Assembly: GCA_964019335.1 (NCBI GenBank) | Contig: OZ025677.1 | Location: 310,001 to 374,000 of the forward strand | Source: Diplonema japonicum | Lineage: Eukaryota > Protista > Euglenozoa: Diplonemea | Length of the DNA stretch: 64,000 nucleotides | Reading direction: 5' to 3' | Shown here: one piece after another, positions 1 through 13,677 of the stretch | Numbering within the stretch: position 1 is the stretch's first letter | Layout of the letters: every line of letters begins with the position of its first letter | Program-made: the position numbers and the translations under genes | Notes under the pieces: generated by a model | What the model was told of the DNA's origin: nothing | Seen by the model: the letters and a program-made list of their open reading frames with translations, nothing else | The model's database searches: none

Positions 1-301
1 AGAACTAAGTGAAACCACCACAAGTTGGTGTGCACTTAGCTCGCCTGATGTACCTATCCAGTCTTTTTTTCCTCTTCCCCCCCCCCCAATATATTTTTGT
101 TTCTCCATCTTCCTTTGCTCTTTTTCTACCACCACCCCCATCTTTTTCTCTCTGTTTTTTTCTTTGCTTTCTTTCTTTTCCTTTTCCTTTCCCCCTTTTT
201 TTTTATATCGATCTTCTTTTTCTTCCTCCTAAAGATATTAAATGCGCAACTCACAGAACTCATTTTCCTCCCGTCGTTTCATCGTCAAGAAAAGAACAGA
301 A

Positions 302-2043
302 ATGAACGGCGCCAACTTGGCTAGCCTGCTCTTCGTTGTTCTTATTTGTGTCATTGCACATAATTCTTGGCAAAAGACTACAGTGCTCGTTGTAGACAGT
401 GCCGAGTCAAGATTAAAAGAACTGCTACATACCTCTGCTCCTGCCTCCACCACTGCCCCCACTCCGACCCCCACAGCGGCCCCCACTCCGGCTCCCACAG
501 CGGCTCCCACTCCGACCCCCACAGCGGCCCCCACTCCGACTCCCACAGCGGCCCCCACTCCGACTCCCACAGCGACCCCCACGACGGTCCCCACCCCTGC
601 CCCCCCTACACGCCTTCAGAATTCAGTTCAGATTATACGACCAAAGGGGCCTTGGTATGTTCTGATTGCAAATAAAGGGAGGGGTTATTATTATTTAAAA
701 AAAAAAGGTTCCTCGGGACATGCACCGGCACCAAGAGCAGCGGCGCCTGGATGCGCGAGTGGATCGAACTCCAAATTGCCGTCGGCGTGGACCACGTGTG
801 GGTCGCAGATGATAACAAGCCCAACAGCACCGACATCACCACCAATGTTCTGAAGCACTACGTCCGCCTTGGCTACGTCACCATCATACCAGTTGCTGCG
901 ACAGCCTACCCTGGGTGCGAACAGCTCTCCGGCCCTGATGGTAGACACAACTGTGCCCCTGTGAAGCACTGCTTCGCGCATGCCTCACCCCATGTGAAGT
1001 GGCTCCTCTTCGCCGACACCGACGAGTTCATCTTCCCCCACAACGGCTGCTCTCTGAAGGAGCACATCAAGAACCACTGCAACCCTGATGCCACACACAT
1101 CTATGTTAGGTGGGAGAGGTTCGGGACAAGCGGCTTTGAAGCCCACCCAGCTGGTCTGATGCTTGAGAACTTCCTCAGCTCAGGGGGGGTTTGCGAGAAG
1201 TTCTATGATGGATCCTGCGGGAAATGGCCTTTCACAAACTGCCCTGAGTGCAGGCACTCGAAGGTGATCTACAACACGGAGTGTGCGAAGGTGGAACATG
1301 CTGGGTGGATCCACTGGCCTGTGAACACCACCGACTGGAAGGCCCGTGGGATCAGAGAGTACACCAAGAGGAGGTGGGTGCACTCTGATGGTCCTGGTGC
1401 GCACTGGAAAAAAGGTGTTTGTAACTATACCGGGCTAAGAGAAGATAGCCGGCGGTGCAATGATTGGGCGATGAAAGGGGGCGGGTCGCAGAGGCCGAGG
1501 GAGTACACACCCGACTGCTGCACGGGGGGTATTGGGTACAACCATTACGGGACGCAGTCGAGGCAGTACTATGAGAGGAAGCAGATGAGTAGGAACACGA
1601 ACAAGAGGGGTTGGAGGACTGCTATTCATGGCATTGATCTGAACAACGTGTTGTCGTTCTCAATTCTAAAGTTCTTGAGGGCTGTGCGGAGGAGGTTCAT
1701 CGGGATGGGGGTGCAGGTGTCGGACAATGTGAAGTTCATGGAGCTGGGCGACGGGAAGTCGTGCTTCTTGGAGCAGAACTTCGTGTACAAAGCTACAGAC
1801 AAGACAACGACGGTGGCTGCGCCTAATGCAACTTCATCCTTTCAGTGCTGCTCTGCCTGCCACGAAGCTGAGATGTGCAAGGCCTTTACAGTATCTGATG
1901 GCTTGTGCACGCTCTTAATTGGTGCTGAGACCATCGTAAACACCGATTACAGAGATAACCCGTACCACCTAGCTGCCCAAAGAAAGTGGTCCATAAAGGA
2001 AGTCAGCGGGATACCCATGCTTGAGGGAGAATGTAGCCGATAG
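302..2043 (+). CDS. Type II membrane glycosyltransferase (GT92/GT-A-like) with Pro/Thr stem and C-terminal PAN/apple-like domain; exons 302-654 and 708-2043
   Basis: N-terminal TM (LASLLFVVLICVIA) and TPTPTAAP stem repeats. A GTATGT..AG intron at 655-707 restores ...GPW-FLGTC... in frame with ORF 751-2043. Motifs REWIE..GVDH, WLLFADTDEFIFP (DxD) and C-terminal CCSAC..CKAFT..CTL. Confidence 0.85.
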
Positions 2044-2744
2044 CTGGGGAATCGACTCGCACCTGGCACATTTCTTCTTCTTCTTTTTTTTTTTTTTTTT
2101 TTTTTTTTTGTTTTTTTCGAGAAAACAACAGAACAGGGTAACATAACATTAAGTTTAATTAGGTTTCGCGGTTTCCCTTTGTGAACCACTATGCTTAAAA
2201 TGTTTGCTTTCCCACCATGCCACCAACTTTACGTTAACTTGTCAAGTAACTTACCCTACGCTGTGACCCATCATGAAGCAGCTCCGGTGGAAAAACAGAG
2301 AACCCTTTTTTTTTTTGAACCCAAGTTTCCCGCTATTTAGCTTAACTTATGTTTCATCAGACACAACCCCTCTACCGTTACGTGATGATCCCCATGTACC
2401 TACCAGGGAGAAACGGGTTTTTTATCTTGACATGATAATGACCATGGTAACTTGAGCAAAGTTGTGGTTTGTAGCCCGGCCACCAGTGCCAGTCCATCAT
2501 TGCCAGCAGGTTAACCAACACCCATCTAAACGGTGATAAATAAAAAAAGTTCGGGTAACTGCGTGCGAAAGCGAGCTAAAGGTTACCTGCTCCGTTGTTT
2601 CTCTCTCTTTTCTCTTTTTTTTTCTTTCTTCCCCAGGAGTGTCTTCCTTTTCGCCCTTAAAGGATGGAGCACTGATTTTATCAGGAGACCAGTTGGTTTT
2701 TTTCTCAGGAATCCTGCCACATACTGCAGGTACACCTTGAATGT

Positions 2745-2809
<65 letters not shown>

Positions 2810-5012
2810 TTACTACCTGTGGCGAAGTTATCGTTTTTCTTTTTGTAAATATCAAGTAACGCCTCAGAGAGCGCGGCCCACGGCCCACGGCCTGTCCTCC
2901 ATCATTTAAAACAAAGTCTTGGGAGTTATTTAAGACTTTGACATCTTTTGCAGTGACTAACAACTGGTATGTGCTTCATCTTTAAGGGCGGAGAGAAAGA
3001 AATGAAAAAGAGGGAAGAAAAAAAAGCTGTATCTTAACGTCGTGTCCATGCCCGAAGCGCACAGCAGTGCTCAGCGCAATCAACTTCTCTTCTACCGGGT
3101 AGGAGAATACGTTTACTTTTTTCTATATCCTTTTCTCAAAAGCCATCCATGACTGACAACCACGACGGCCGGTACCAAGATGCAACTGCAAAACGGTGGC
3201 AGGCAAGCCCCCCCCCCCCCCCCAGCCAAATGGTGTCAAATATAGCGAGCGAAAAAAAAGGAAAATAGATAGTTTTACCCGGATGTGGATTTAATATTTA
3301 ATATTTTAATATTTAATATTTAATATTTATGAAAGCGGAAAAAGTTTCAAATCTGAATCTTTTCGCCATTTGTATTTCCAAATTAATTTCGTTATTCTTT
3401 TTTTAAAAGTTTTTCTGGCCCCGTACCTCTCCGACAACCAAATTTTCCCTCGACCTTGAATTCGCTTCAAGTGTTGGTGCATGATGGGCATGCGGTTCGT
3501 CTGACATTGTCCGTAATTGTTGCCTGCACATTGACAGACCATAACTCCGAGTCCTCAGCACTAGACTCATCAAAGAAGATGCAAGGCTTCAAGCTACGGG
3601 GCGAGAAAGGCTACAACCCCTCAAAATCATATTGAGTATTGAGTCCAAATCCGGTATTTTCTTTTGTTTTTTTTAACCCTCTGTCTTATTACCGGGTGGA
3701 CCGGGAGGCCCAGGATGATAAGGCGGGGAGGGGTGTTTAAGAGAAGTCTTTTTCTTCCCCCCTTATTTGTTATTTCTTTTTTGTTTTAACCAGATTCGTG
3801 CACACAATATCTCTAACCGCACCCCTCCTGGTACGAAGAAGGATTGCAGTTGTTACTACTTGTTACTCCAGTCTTCAATCCTTGAAATTGTGCCTGTGAA
3901 GCCTCCAGCAACCTTGCCCTGGGTGACTGCAAAAACCAACGTTTTCATCTGACCGTCGGCATTGCTTTTGACGGGTTTTAGAGATATGCAGCGTTGCCCA
4001 ATCACTGGAAGCTCCTCTTTGGTATTAAATGGTGCACAATTGTTTAACAAGCCCTCGCTTCTTCCTCCCCTTCTTCCCCTTCCCCTTCTTTCATCCCCTT
4101 CTTTCATCATCTTCTTATAACAAAAGGTTCTCACCAAAGGAAAAAAGAAAAAAAGTGAAAACCGTATGCAAAAAAAAAATAAAGAAAAACAGAACGATAA
4201 AAAAAAATAAAAAAAGAATAAATAAAAACCAGTGATCAGTGCCGTGCTTCCGTGGTTGTCGCCTGTCGGCCACGGTAGTGTGTGCCATCACGGCTGTATT
4301 CTAAATACTGCAAAGTGGAAACTGTCGTACTGACAAACTTCGGGACGCCAAAGCACTGTCAGCTCGGAATTGATTCATAGTTATTTAGTTACAGTAGCCC
4401 TGGTCAAGTATTTTTTTTTTCTTCACCAGATTCGACCTTGGGTCGGTACTTGAGGCTTCAAAGAACGGGGTTTAGACCCTTTTTTTTTTAAAAGTTCCAT
4501 TTAAAATGCGGTATCAATCCGTATGAATGAAGAAGAAGAAAAAAAGAAAGTCTGTTTTCTTAAGAAATAATAAAATATATCTTTTTTTTACTAGATACCC
4601 CGTTCGTCATTTTCTTCACACAGCGGCGAAGACTCGGCTTAAAAATGGGTGGATTTTTTCATTATTGCACTGGAGTGCAATAATAAACCCTCGTTTCTAA
4701 GAGGGAAAACAAATGAGATCGGCCCGAAAGAACCGGTGTCTGAAATTTCATTTTCATTTTGAGCACTCCCCTGCACACTGAAACTTTATCAAAACCTTCT
4801 TGCAGTTTTGTGAAGTACAGTGACAAATGACGAAAAGAGGATAAGAATGACTTTCTTACTCTCAAATGGGCCATAATTTGTCATTTGGAAGCTTAATATT
4901 TAGTGTCATTTGGTTCACGTAAAAGATAAAGAAAAATTGAATAGAAAAAGAATATAAATATAAAGGCTCCTGATTACGTGTAAATCTCTTAATCTTCTCT
5001 CCAGTGTTTCCT

Positions 5013-5079
<67 letters not shown>

Positions 5080-5648
5080 AATCCAGATTGTTTTAACCCC
5101 GCATTTAGGGGTTAATATAAAACCTGTTTGCACACCAAGGTGCAATAAAGCGTCGTTTGAAAAAAGAAAAAAAAAAAAATCAGCAAACCCTGATACCCGA
5201 AAGATCCGGAAGTTTTTTGACATGTGGCCGAGGCTTTCAAGCCATGGTTACGATTGACGGAACCATTCTCACCAATTCACGAAGGCGAGCCACCTTATTC
5301 CGAGATAGGCTGCGGTGTGCATCAGGTTAAATTGGATTCCTTTCCCCGAGAGATACTTATGAGGTTTGCATGACGTTCTTACGCTTTACTCTTTCGTCAC
5401 TTTCACTCACATGTAGGCCTGTGGTATTATGGATCCAGAGCTTTGCAGTGACATGTATTGAATCGATATCTTATGGGCTCTCCCGTGTCTGCCTCAACAG
5501 CAGCTAGCAACGACGGTCATTACAGTGAGTCTAAAATGACGAAGGGTTAAGGTACTTGCCCTCCAAATGAGCCAATTCTTTTTTTCTTTTCTTTTCTTTT
5601 CTTTTCCCTGAACGGTGAGCACCCACCCGCACACCGAAATTTATCAAA

Positions 5649-5653
5649 TTTTC

Positions 5654-5684
<31 letters not shown>

Positions 5685-5890
5685 CTTTTCTTTTCTTTTC
5701 TTTTCTTTTCTTTTCTTTTCTTTTCTTTTCTTTTCTTTTCTTTTCTTTTCTTTTCTTTTCTTTTCTTTTCTTTTCTTTTCTTTTCTTTTCTTTTCTTTTC
5801 TTTTCTTTTCTTTTCTTTTCTTTTCTTTTCTTTTCTTTTCTTTTCTTTTCTTTTCTTTTCTTTTCTTTTCTTTTCTTTTCTTTTCTTTTC
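5649..5890. repeat. (TTTTC)n microsatellite
   Basis: Direct pentamer repeat of about 240 bp, followed by poly-T. Confidence 0.97.
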
Positions 5891-6025
5891 TTTTTTTTTT
5901 ATACAACTTTTGTTGCCCCCCCCCCCCCCGTTGGAAAAGGGACTGCCATATCTTTTAATGTCTTTCAATTTTGCGATTAGTCTTTCCTTCCATCACTTTT
6001 CGATAGGTATCTATTTCATTTAAAA

Positions 6026-7831
6026 ATGAACACATCAAATATTATAAGCATTCTGCTGATTGCATTATCTTCTTTTCTGCTGGCGTCACTTGGCAAAAGC
6101 CGGAACAAGGCACCCGACGACATCGCTGTGGCCGACCGGGAGGCAGTTGTTAAGGAAATCGACAACATTCTGAAGTCGACCACGGACACCACCAAGGTAG
6201 CAGCACCCCCAGTTGTAGAGAAGATGGTGACAAAAGAAGTGCAAAAACAAGAAGCGGCACCAAAGCCCTGCACCCAAAACGCCAAAAAAGATCAAAACAA
6301 AGACCAAACCAAAGATCAAAACAAAGATATGAAGAAGGGATCCACCCCGTTGACAGGGGACGAAAGGGACATCCATCCCAAGGCAAAGACGAAGTTCCTG
6401 CGCCTTCAGAACTCCGAGAAGACGATCGACACCCAGGGACCTTGGTATGATCGGTAACTAGTTCTTACAATTCTCTTTCCTAGGTTCCTCGGGACATGCA
6501 CCGGCACTAAAAGCAGCGGCGCCTGGATGCGCGAGTGGATCGAACTCCAAATTGCCGTCGGCGTGGACCACGTGTGGGTCGCAGATGACAACAAGCCCAA
6601 CAGCACCGACATCACCTCCAGCGTTCTAAAGTACTACGAGCGCATTGGCTACGTCACCATCATCCCCGTCGCCCCAACCGTTTATCCTGGGTGCGAGCAG
6701 CTTTCAGGTCCGGACAACAGACACAACTGTGCCCCTGTGAAGTCATGTTTCAAGCATGCCTCACCCCATGTGAAGTGGCTCCTCTTCGCCGACACCGACG
6801 AGTTCATCTTCCCCCACAACGGCTGCTCTCTGAAGGAGCACATCAAGAACCACTGCAACCCTGATGCCACACACATCTATGTTAGGTGGGAGAGGTTCGG
6901 GACAAGTGGTTTCGAGACCCACCCCAATGGCATGATGCTTGAGAACTTCCTCGCCTCTGGGGGCACCTGCGACAAGAGGTTCAACGGGCACTGCGCGAAG
7001 TACCCGTACCACAACTGCCCTGAGTGCAGGTGGTCGAAGGTGATCTACAACACGGAGTGTGCGAAAGTGGAACATGCTGGTTACATCCACTGGCCTGTGA
7101 ACACCACCGACTGGAAGGAGAGCAAGCTGCCTGAATACAAGAAGATGCAGTGGGTGAAGTCTCCCGGGACTGGAGGGAATTGGAAGAAAGAAACGTGCCA
7201 GTACACAGGACTGATTGCAGATGCAGTGAAGTGCAACAAATGGGCGAAGTTTGGTGGTGGGTCGAAGAGGCCGAAGGAGTACACACCCGACTGCTGCACG
7301 GGGGGTATTGGGTACAACCATTACGGGACGCAGTCGAGGCAGTACTATGAGAGGAAGCAGAAGAACAAGAACGAGAACAAGAGGGGTTGGAGGGCTGCAC
7401 TGAGGGGCCTTGATCTGAATGACGTGCTGTCGTTCTCTGTGCTGAAGTTCGTGAAGGCTGTGCGGAGGAGGTTCACTGGACTGGGGGCACAGGTGTCGGA
7501 CAGTGTGAAATTTGTTGATTTGAAGGGAGGAAAGGAGGATGGCAAGAGCTGCTTCATAGAGACAAACTGGGCCTACACACCAACAGAGACAACTGTCTCG
7601 CTTGAAGTAACCGAAGCGAAGAAGTCACAGCAATGCTGCAGGGCATGTCACCAGAATGCTATGTGCAAGGCATTCACTTTCGTCAACAGTACCTGCAACC
7701 TACTTATCGGAGCGGACAAAATCCCCCGCACAGAGGTGAAGCACAACCCGTACCAAGTCCATGCTAACCGGAAGTGGGCCATCAACATACTCTCAGGAAT
7801 CCCAATGAGGGAAGGCATTTGCGGGGTTTGA
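6026..7831 (+). CDS. Paralogous GT92-like glycosyltransferase with PAN domain; exons 6026-6444 and 6484-7831
   Basis: N-terminal hydrophobic anchor. A 39-nt GTATGA..TAG intron (6445-6483) sits at the same position as in the first paralog. Same DTDEF motif and Cys pattern. Confidence 0.87.
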
Positions 7832-10800
7832 GATTCTTTTTTGAAGGCAGAAGTGAATAAAAATTAATTTAAATCACCCCCATACGGTCCCCTGGTTCGG
7901 GATGCGGTTCATTAAAAAATACCCCCTATCTAAATAATGCAAACTGTTTCCCCTCTTTTTTCTTGCTCTGTGTCCTGTGTTCCTTATTTTCTTTTTTTTC
8001 TCCACGTCTCCTTTGCTCCTCCCGAGGCGTGGAGTGCCTACGCCTCGGATCATAACCCGATTCGAGGCGCAGAAAACTCAAGTACTACACACTTCTGGTG
8101 AAAGGGAAGGCTGTCAACCGTATTTGTACTTAATTGGGGGGGGGGGGGGGGGGGGGTGCAACCTATCAAGTAATAGTGACACGTTCTCCTTGAGTAGCTG
8201 TGCCCTCGTTCCGTAATAAGTACAAATACCGGTAGAAAAGAGTAAATGGCGCTGGGAGCTGGTGCCCAAAGAAGGAAAAAAATAAAAAAAATTAAAAAGA
8301 TAAAAAAATGAATGGCGAAAAGACCTTCGCTGCCAACAATAAAGACGACTTATTTCATCTTGTTGTTTACAGCAAAAGGGGAAAATGTGCTGGCAGAGCG
8401 AAAAGAAGGTGGGAGGGGGGGAAAAATCGGCTCTTGGTAAAAGAGTCGCAAAAAAAAAAAAGATTTTTTTTATTCCTCTATAATTTTCTGCTCAGTGTAT
8501 TAAGTTTTCTCTTCCTCACCCCTCACCCCTTTTATTCTGGTTGAATGAAGACCCAGGTAATCAGGCAACACCTCCCTTTTTTGTGAGCCAACGAAACCCA
8601 CCGCCGTCGAAGTTATAGGACTGGGCCCGTTGGTGTTGTTAGCAGCTAAGGTGAGTGGCGACACCCCAGGTGGCGTGTTGGCTGTTTAATACCAGGAAGA
8701 ATGCCCCTCCCCTGTCGCCGGGTGGCACCACACGCCCGATGATATGATCATAATAAAAGCTGACACCCACGTGGCGTTGATTTGGCTGGTCTTTTGGAAA
8801 AGCGGCCTTTAATTACGTAGTACCACTTCGTTTTACTATCTGATTTCTTTTTCAAATTCTTCGCATCTTCCCCCTCTAAGCTATTTAATATTCTTTCATT
8901 TCTGTCGCATTTCTTCTTTTCCATTGTTCCCCCCCCTCGTTTTCCTGCCATCCCTTCCATAAAGGAAGTCCCTTTTCTTTTTCTTTCTCTTATCGAACGC
9001 TTCACTGCGCGGAAACCCGTTGTTTTCGGGGTTAGGAAAGCAAGAAAACCGGAATCTTTGACAGAAGGGAGGGGGGAAAAGTCATCAAGGGAACAGGAGA
9101 AAGAAAGAGAGAAAGAAAGAGAAGAAAGAAGGAAACGAAAAAGAAAAAGAGAAGTGGGTAAACTTCCCCTGAAAATATCTTATTGCCAAGACATTCTTTT
9201 GCCCCCCCCTCTCCCCCCATTTGATGGCGGTATGCTCCGCCTGTGCTTCCCGCTAGAAGACAAGTAGCTTGACATTCTTTTTTTCTTTTATAGCTTGCTC
9301 GGGTTGATTGGCACGATGCTGGCTATTTATTGCTTCTTTTTTTTTTGTCCCCATCTCTTTTCTCCTTGCACCCCCAATTCATCATCTCAGCAGCAAGCCT
9401 ATACAAGTCGTGAGCTTTTGGTTTCCATAATGAGAACCCCCCCCTTTTTTTTATCCTTTCTTTTTTTTACTTGCCAATATATTGCTGTGCAAGACTATGG
9501 CGCTTGGTACATGAAAGAACTGCTGCAAACAACCCCAGCGAGAAAAGAAAATTCAGTTTTGTTCTTTTTCTCCTTCCTTTTTTTTTTGATATTACCTGCA
9601 GTATCCTCCCTATGGCCGTGGTGAAGCCATTTCTTTAAAAAAGCTGCTACTTGAAACCCCTTTGTACTGGTCTGAGGAAGAGCGGTCTCTGACCTAGTTT
9701 CTCCCTTTTTTCTTCTCCCCCCTTCGAAACCAAAAAGGCTAAAAAAGAAAAGATCCCATTTTAACGTGGTGCCCTTGAAGAACTTCTTTTCTTGTTGTTT
9801 GTTTCGTCGCTAGGATTGAAGAGCAGCCTTTTTTAATTTATTGCTGCGAACCTCTATGTCTCATGGAGTTCCATGATGTTAAGAAAAAAATTAAATACAA
9901 ATTTCGCAAAACATTTCTTTAAAAATCTTCTTTTTATTGCGATAAAGAGGTTCACAGTGTTTTTTTTTTTTTTTTTTTTTTTTTTTCGGATTTCCCCTCA
10001 TTCTGCACTCCATGACAGGTACTTCGTGGGGTGTGCTTCCGGTTCGTTTCTGTTTTTTTCTTTTTTCCCCTGATTTAAAAAAAGGGGGAGGATTCGAGTC
10101 TGCAATATTTATTCTTTTTCTTCATTCTGTTTATTTCTTGCTCTTGATTCTGCCTTCAGGGGCCTTACATGCCACGATATTCTACAACGGGTAAGAGAGC
10201 GGCCACCGTGTCAGCAGACCTATATCCATTTCTTGAGCATAGGAAAACAGTGTTAGCAATAAATGAGACAAGAATCTTTGCAGGATAGCACGCTTTTTTT
10301 TTTTTTTTTTTTTTTTGCCCAACAAAAAATCTAAGAAATAATTATCTTGAGTTCTGAATATTAGTGTACAGGGGCTTTAATTCAATGGGGAAGCGTAAAA
10401 GAAAGAAAGAAAGAAAAAAAAAACAGAAACCAAGGGGGGTGAAATTGCGTTGCCTTGACATCATGTCAGGCTTTCTGCCATTGGCATGGGAAAGCAGCAA
10501 TTTTTATGCTTTTTCTTTTCCCTGTGTGGAGAGCAAGAAAAAAAATACAAAGGCGGAAAAAGAACAAGACGTTGGCAAAGCACAAAATAAAAAAGATTCA
10601 TAAGCTGTGGCTATCTCATAGATTTGTATCTCGTTTTAGCAAGATTTCTTTTTTTCTTTTTTTTTTTTGTTAGGAAAAAGTTACAATGTCAAATGGGCGG
10701 GGGTACACCTCCCCCCCTATTTTTCCGGCTTTGAGTATGGCCCTAAGAAGGGTAGGCGTTTTTGCTTGGTCGTTTCTATTGAGAAGGAGAAAGAAATATA

Positions 10801-11796
10801 AAACAAAAAGAAAATAAAGCCAATTACTGTAAAAGTGCAAACTGGAAAAGCACCCGTACTAATTCCCGACGCGCCCAAATCCCCCCCTAATCTCCCCCCT
10901 TCAAGAAAACTCCCGAACAAAAAATGTAGTCCGGCTTGTTCTCGGCCGCGAAAAAAAAACCCTGACATTTGTCACAGTATTGCCCGGGCAACCGTGGCAA
11001 TAGAGGGAGTTCCTTTCTTTTTTTTTATTTTATTTTTTTTAAAGTGGGCAATGAAGATAGCAAAGGTTGTGAGATACGAACAAAAGAAAAGGAAATAAAA
11101 AGATCACCAATTGGTTTCTTTAGCTCTTCGAATGTCTACTATTGTTCTCTTGTTCCTTACATCTTTCAATCTTTTTGCAGTCTCTATCTTGTTCATGCGC
11201 TTTGAATTCAAGTATTAGAGTTTTGAGGCTTGATAAACGGGACAAATTCAAGAAGCCACAAGCATCCTTAACAACACTCCCAACACTAGCTGCACAGCTG
11301 GTTTAATCCCCCTTTTTCTTTCATTCTCTTTCTTTTCTATTTTTCTCCATCTCCTGTTTTTCTTCTTCTTTCTTTTCTTCTTCAAATGGTGCAACAATGA
11401 GGCTTTAATGTCTTTTTGTGTGCATTTTCGCAGCTTTTTTTTTAATCTTTTCTGAACCCCCATTTCCCCTCTAAATTTCTGAAATTGTATGCGAAGAGTT
11501 TTTGAAAGAGAAAAAAGAGAAGAAAGGAAGAGAGAAATAAAGTAGCGTCTTCGATATAGCAAGATCGCAGACCATTTGTCTCCCTTTTTCTCTTTATTTT
11601 TCCTTCTCTTCTTTCTTTCTTTCTTTCTTTCCCCCCTCTCATTCACTTTCTTATGATACTTTATATTTAACAAACCCAGCAGGAAAAACCCGCAAACATT
11701 GAAGAAAAGATCTTGAGGAGAAGGAAAAAAAAAAGAAGGAAAAACAGGATCCGGTTAAAAAGAACAAAGAAAAAGAAGAAAGAAAAAAAGAAATGG

Positions 11797-11833
<37 letters not shown>

Positions 11834-12345
11834 TCACACAATAAAATAAATAAATCCTTTGAACGAACTTTGTTTTCCGTTTATTTTTTGTCTTCTTTTT
11901 TTTTTTTTTTTTTTCCCGAAGAGGGAGGAGTAAAAAATATCAGCAAAATCTTTGCCCCTCCCCGCCACCATACCGTTCTGCCCCATTCTTCTCTCCCGGT
12001 TTCCCTAAGCACCCCCCCTCTCATTTCCCCTTCAATTTTATTGTTTTAAGACTCAGAATTCACACATTGCCCAAGGGGTATCGAATAGACAATTACGTTC
12101 ACAGGAACATCAGACGGGTTCTTCTGTACAAATATGCTCAAGCAGCTTGTCGGATATGATGTAAATTCACCTTTTTTGAATTCGAAAAGACCGGCCGAAG
12201 GAGGCTAAAAGCTACTGGTTCTCGGGCCGAGGATTTTGAGAACATTTGTGAGGCTACGGTCCTCGACACCTTGTTGGGCGTATTGTCGATTCTGAGTCTT
12301 AAAAATCTTGTCCTCCCTTTAAACAAATGCAGAAACATAACAAGA

Positions 12346-13560
12346 ATGCCCCACCGCTTCCTGCGGAGATCGTTGAGGTTTGCAACCAGCTTCCCAACCC
12401 CTGTGGATGCGCTAGTGGAACGCCTTGAAGTACAGCGCTTGCAGCATCCTGGTGGCCACCCCGACACTGCTGCTACTCTTAACAATATTGGCAACGCACA
12501 CTATGTGCAGGGGGAAACAAAAGAGGCTTTGAAATATTATTCAGAAAGCTGTGATATTCTAGAGTCCAGCTTCCCCGATGGGCATCCCGACCTCGCGGTG
12601 TGCCTGCACAGCATGGGCTCTGCGCACCGTATTCTCGGAAACCGTAACGCAGCCTTAAAGTGCTGGGCAGACGAACTTGCAGTCTTGCGCAATGTGCACG
12701 GAAATGACGCCCACCCCAACATCATTACTGCACTTAGATCCCTTGCAGAAGTGGACCTGAAGCAGTCTTCACGACACCTCCTTGCCGCACTGGCTATATG
12801 CCGAGCGCTTCCCGACAGACGAACCACTGCTTTGCTCTTAACAGATCTCGGTCATGCATGCAGAGCTAATGGCAGCTACGACAAGGCGCTGCAGTACTTT
12901 GAAGAAGCCTTTGGCGTCTTAAACGAAGAAGAAGATGTTGTTGTTAAATCAACTGCGCACCTCAATGTAGGCGAGGCACACCGCGACAGGGGTGATAACG
13001 ATGCCGCATTGCAATGCTACGAGGACAGAGGACGCATGCTTGAGAAACACTACCCGAATGGGTCGCTGGAAACGGCCGACAATCTGAAGGCTATTGCCGG
13101 ACTGAGCAGTGAGCGTAGCGACCTCAGCATGATGCTGAAATGCCTTTTGAAGGAGGTTGACGTGCGCATGGGGTGTAACCCACACGATCCTCGAATTGCA
13201 GTGTGCTTCAATAACATCGCTGATGCGCATTTCAGAAATGACGATCTCAGAGCTGCGTGCACGTACCTTGCAAAAGAGCTGGAAGTGCAGCGCAGCACCC
13301 ATCACAGCGACCATCATTCGCTTGTTCTCAGCCTCAGCAACATCGGCAGTGTTTTTACCATTCTTGGTGAATTTGATGCAGCCCTGCAGCACCTCACTGA
13401 GGGCATTGCCATGCAACGCCGCCTCCACCCAGGCGATGACCCTGCTGCTCTAGACATCTTGAACAACATCGGGAGAGCGTACAAAGCGAAGGGTGACACG
13501 GAGGCTGCTCTGAAGTATCTGGAAGAGGCACTTGCCATGCAAGAGAGATTGGAGGCATAA
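12346..13560 (+). CDS. Tetratricopeptide repeat protein (kinesin light chain-like TPR_12 repeats)
   Basis: Repeated HPDTAATLNNIG..Y..QG...EAL.YY-type units throughout. The first ATG is at 12346. Confidence 0.85.
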   Translation: MPHRFLRRSLRFATSFPTPVDALVERLEVQRLQHPGGHPDTAATLNNIGNAHYVQGETKEALKYYSESCDILESSFPDGHPDLAVCLHSMGSAHRILGNRNAALKCWADELAVLRNVHGNDAHPNIITALRSLAEVDLKQSSRHLLAALAICRALPDRRTTALLLTDLGHACRANGSYDKALQYFEEAFGVLNEEEDVVVKSTAHLNVGEAHRDRGDNDAALQCYEDRGRMLEKHYPNGSLETADNLKAIAGLSSERSDLSMMLKCLLKEVDVRMGCNPHDPRIAVCFNNIADAHFRNDDLRAACTYLAKELEVQRSTHHSDHHSLVLSLSNIGSVFTILGEFDAALQHLTEGIAMQRRLHPGDDPAALDILNNIGRAYKAKGDTEAALKYLEEALAMQERLEA

Positions 13561-13677
13561 CAATCTGATGATTGTCGGTAGACAGTTTGCTAGCAACAAG
13601 CATTAATTCAGAATAGTTATTTATTATTTGCAGCACCACAGGAACGGGAACATGGCAACTGGCACGCTGTCAGCAAG

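Noticed and set aside
4440-5300. Possible old DNA-transposon remnant
   Set aside because: The composition is suggestive, but I could not define TIRs, TSDs or an ORF.
5531-5980. KRKEK and FFSFL repeat ORFs, and poly-N/V/L ORFs at 17722-18276
   Set aside because: Translations of microsatellites.
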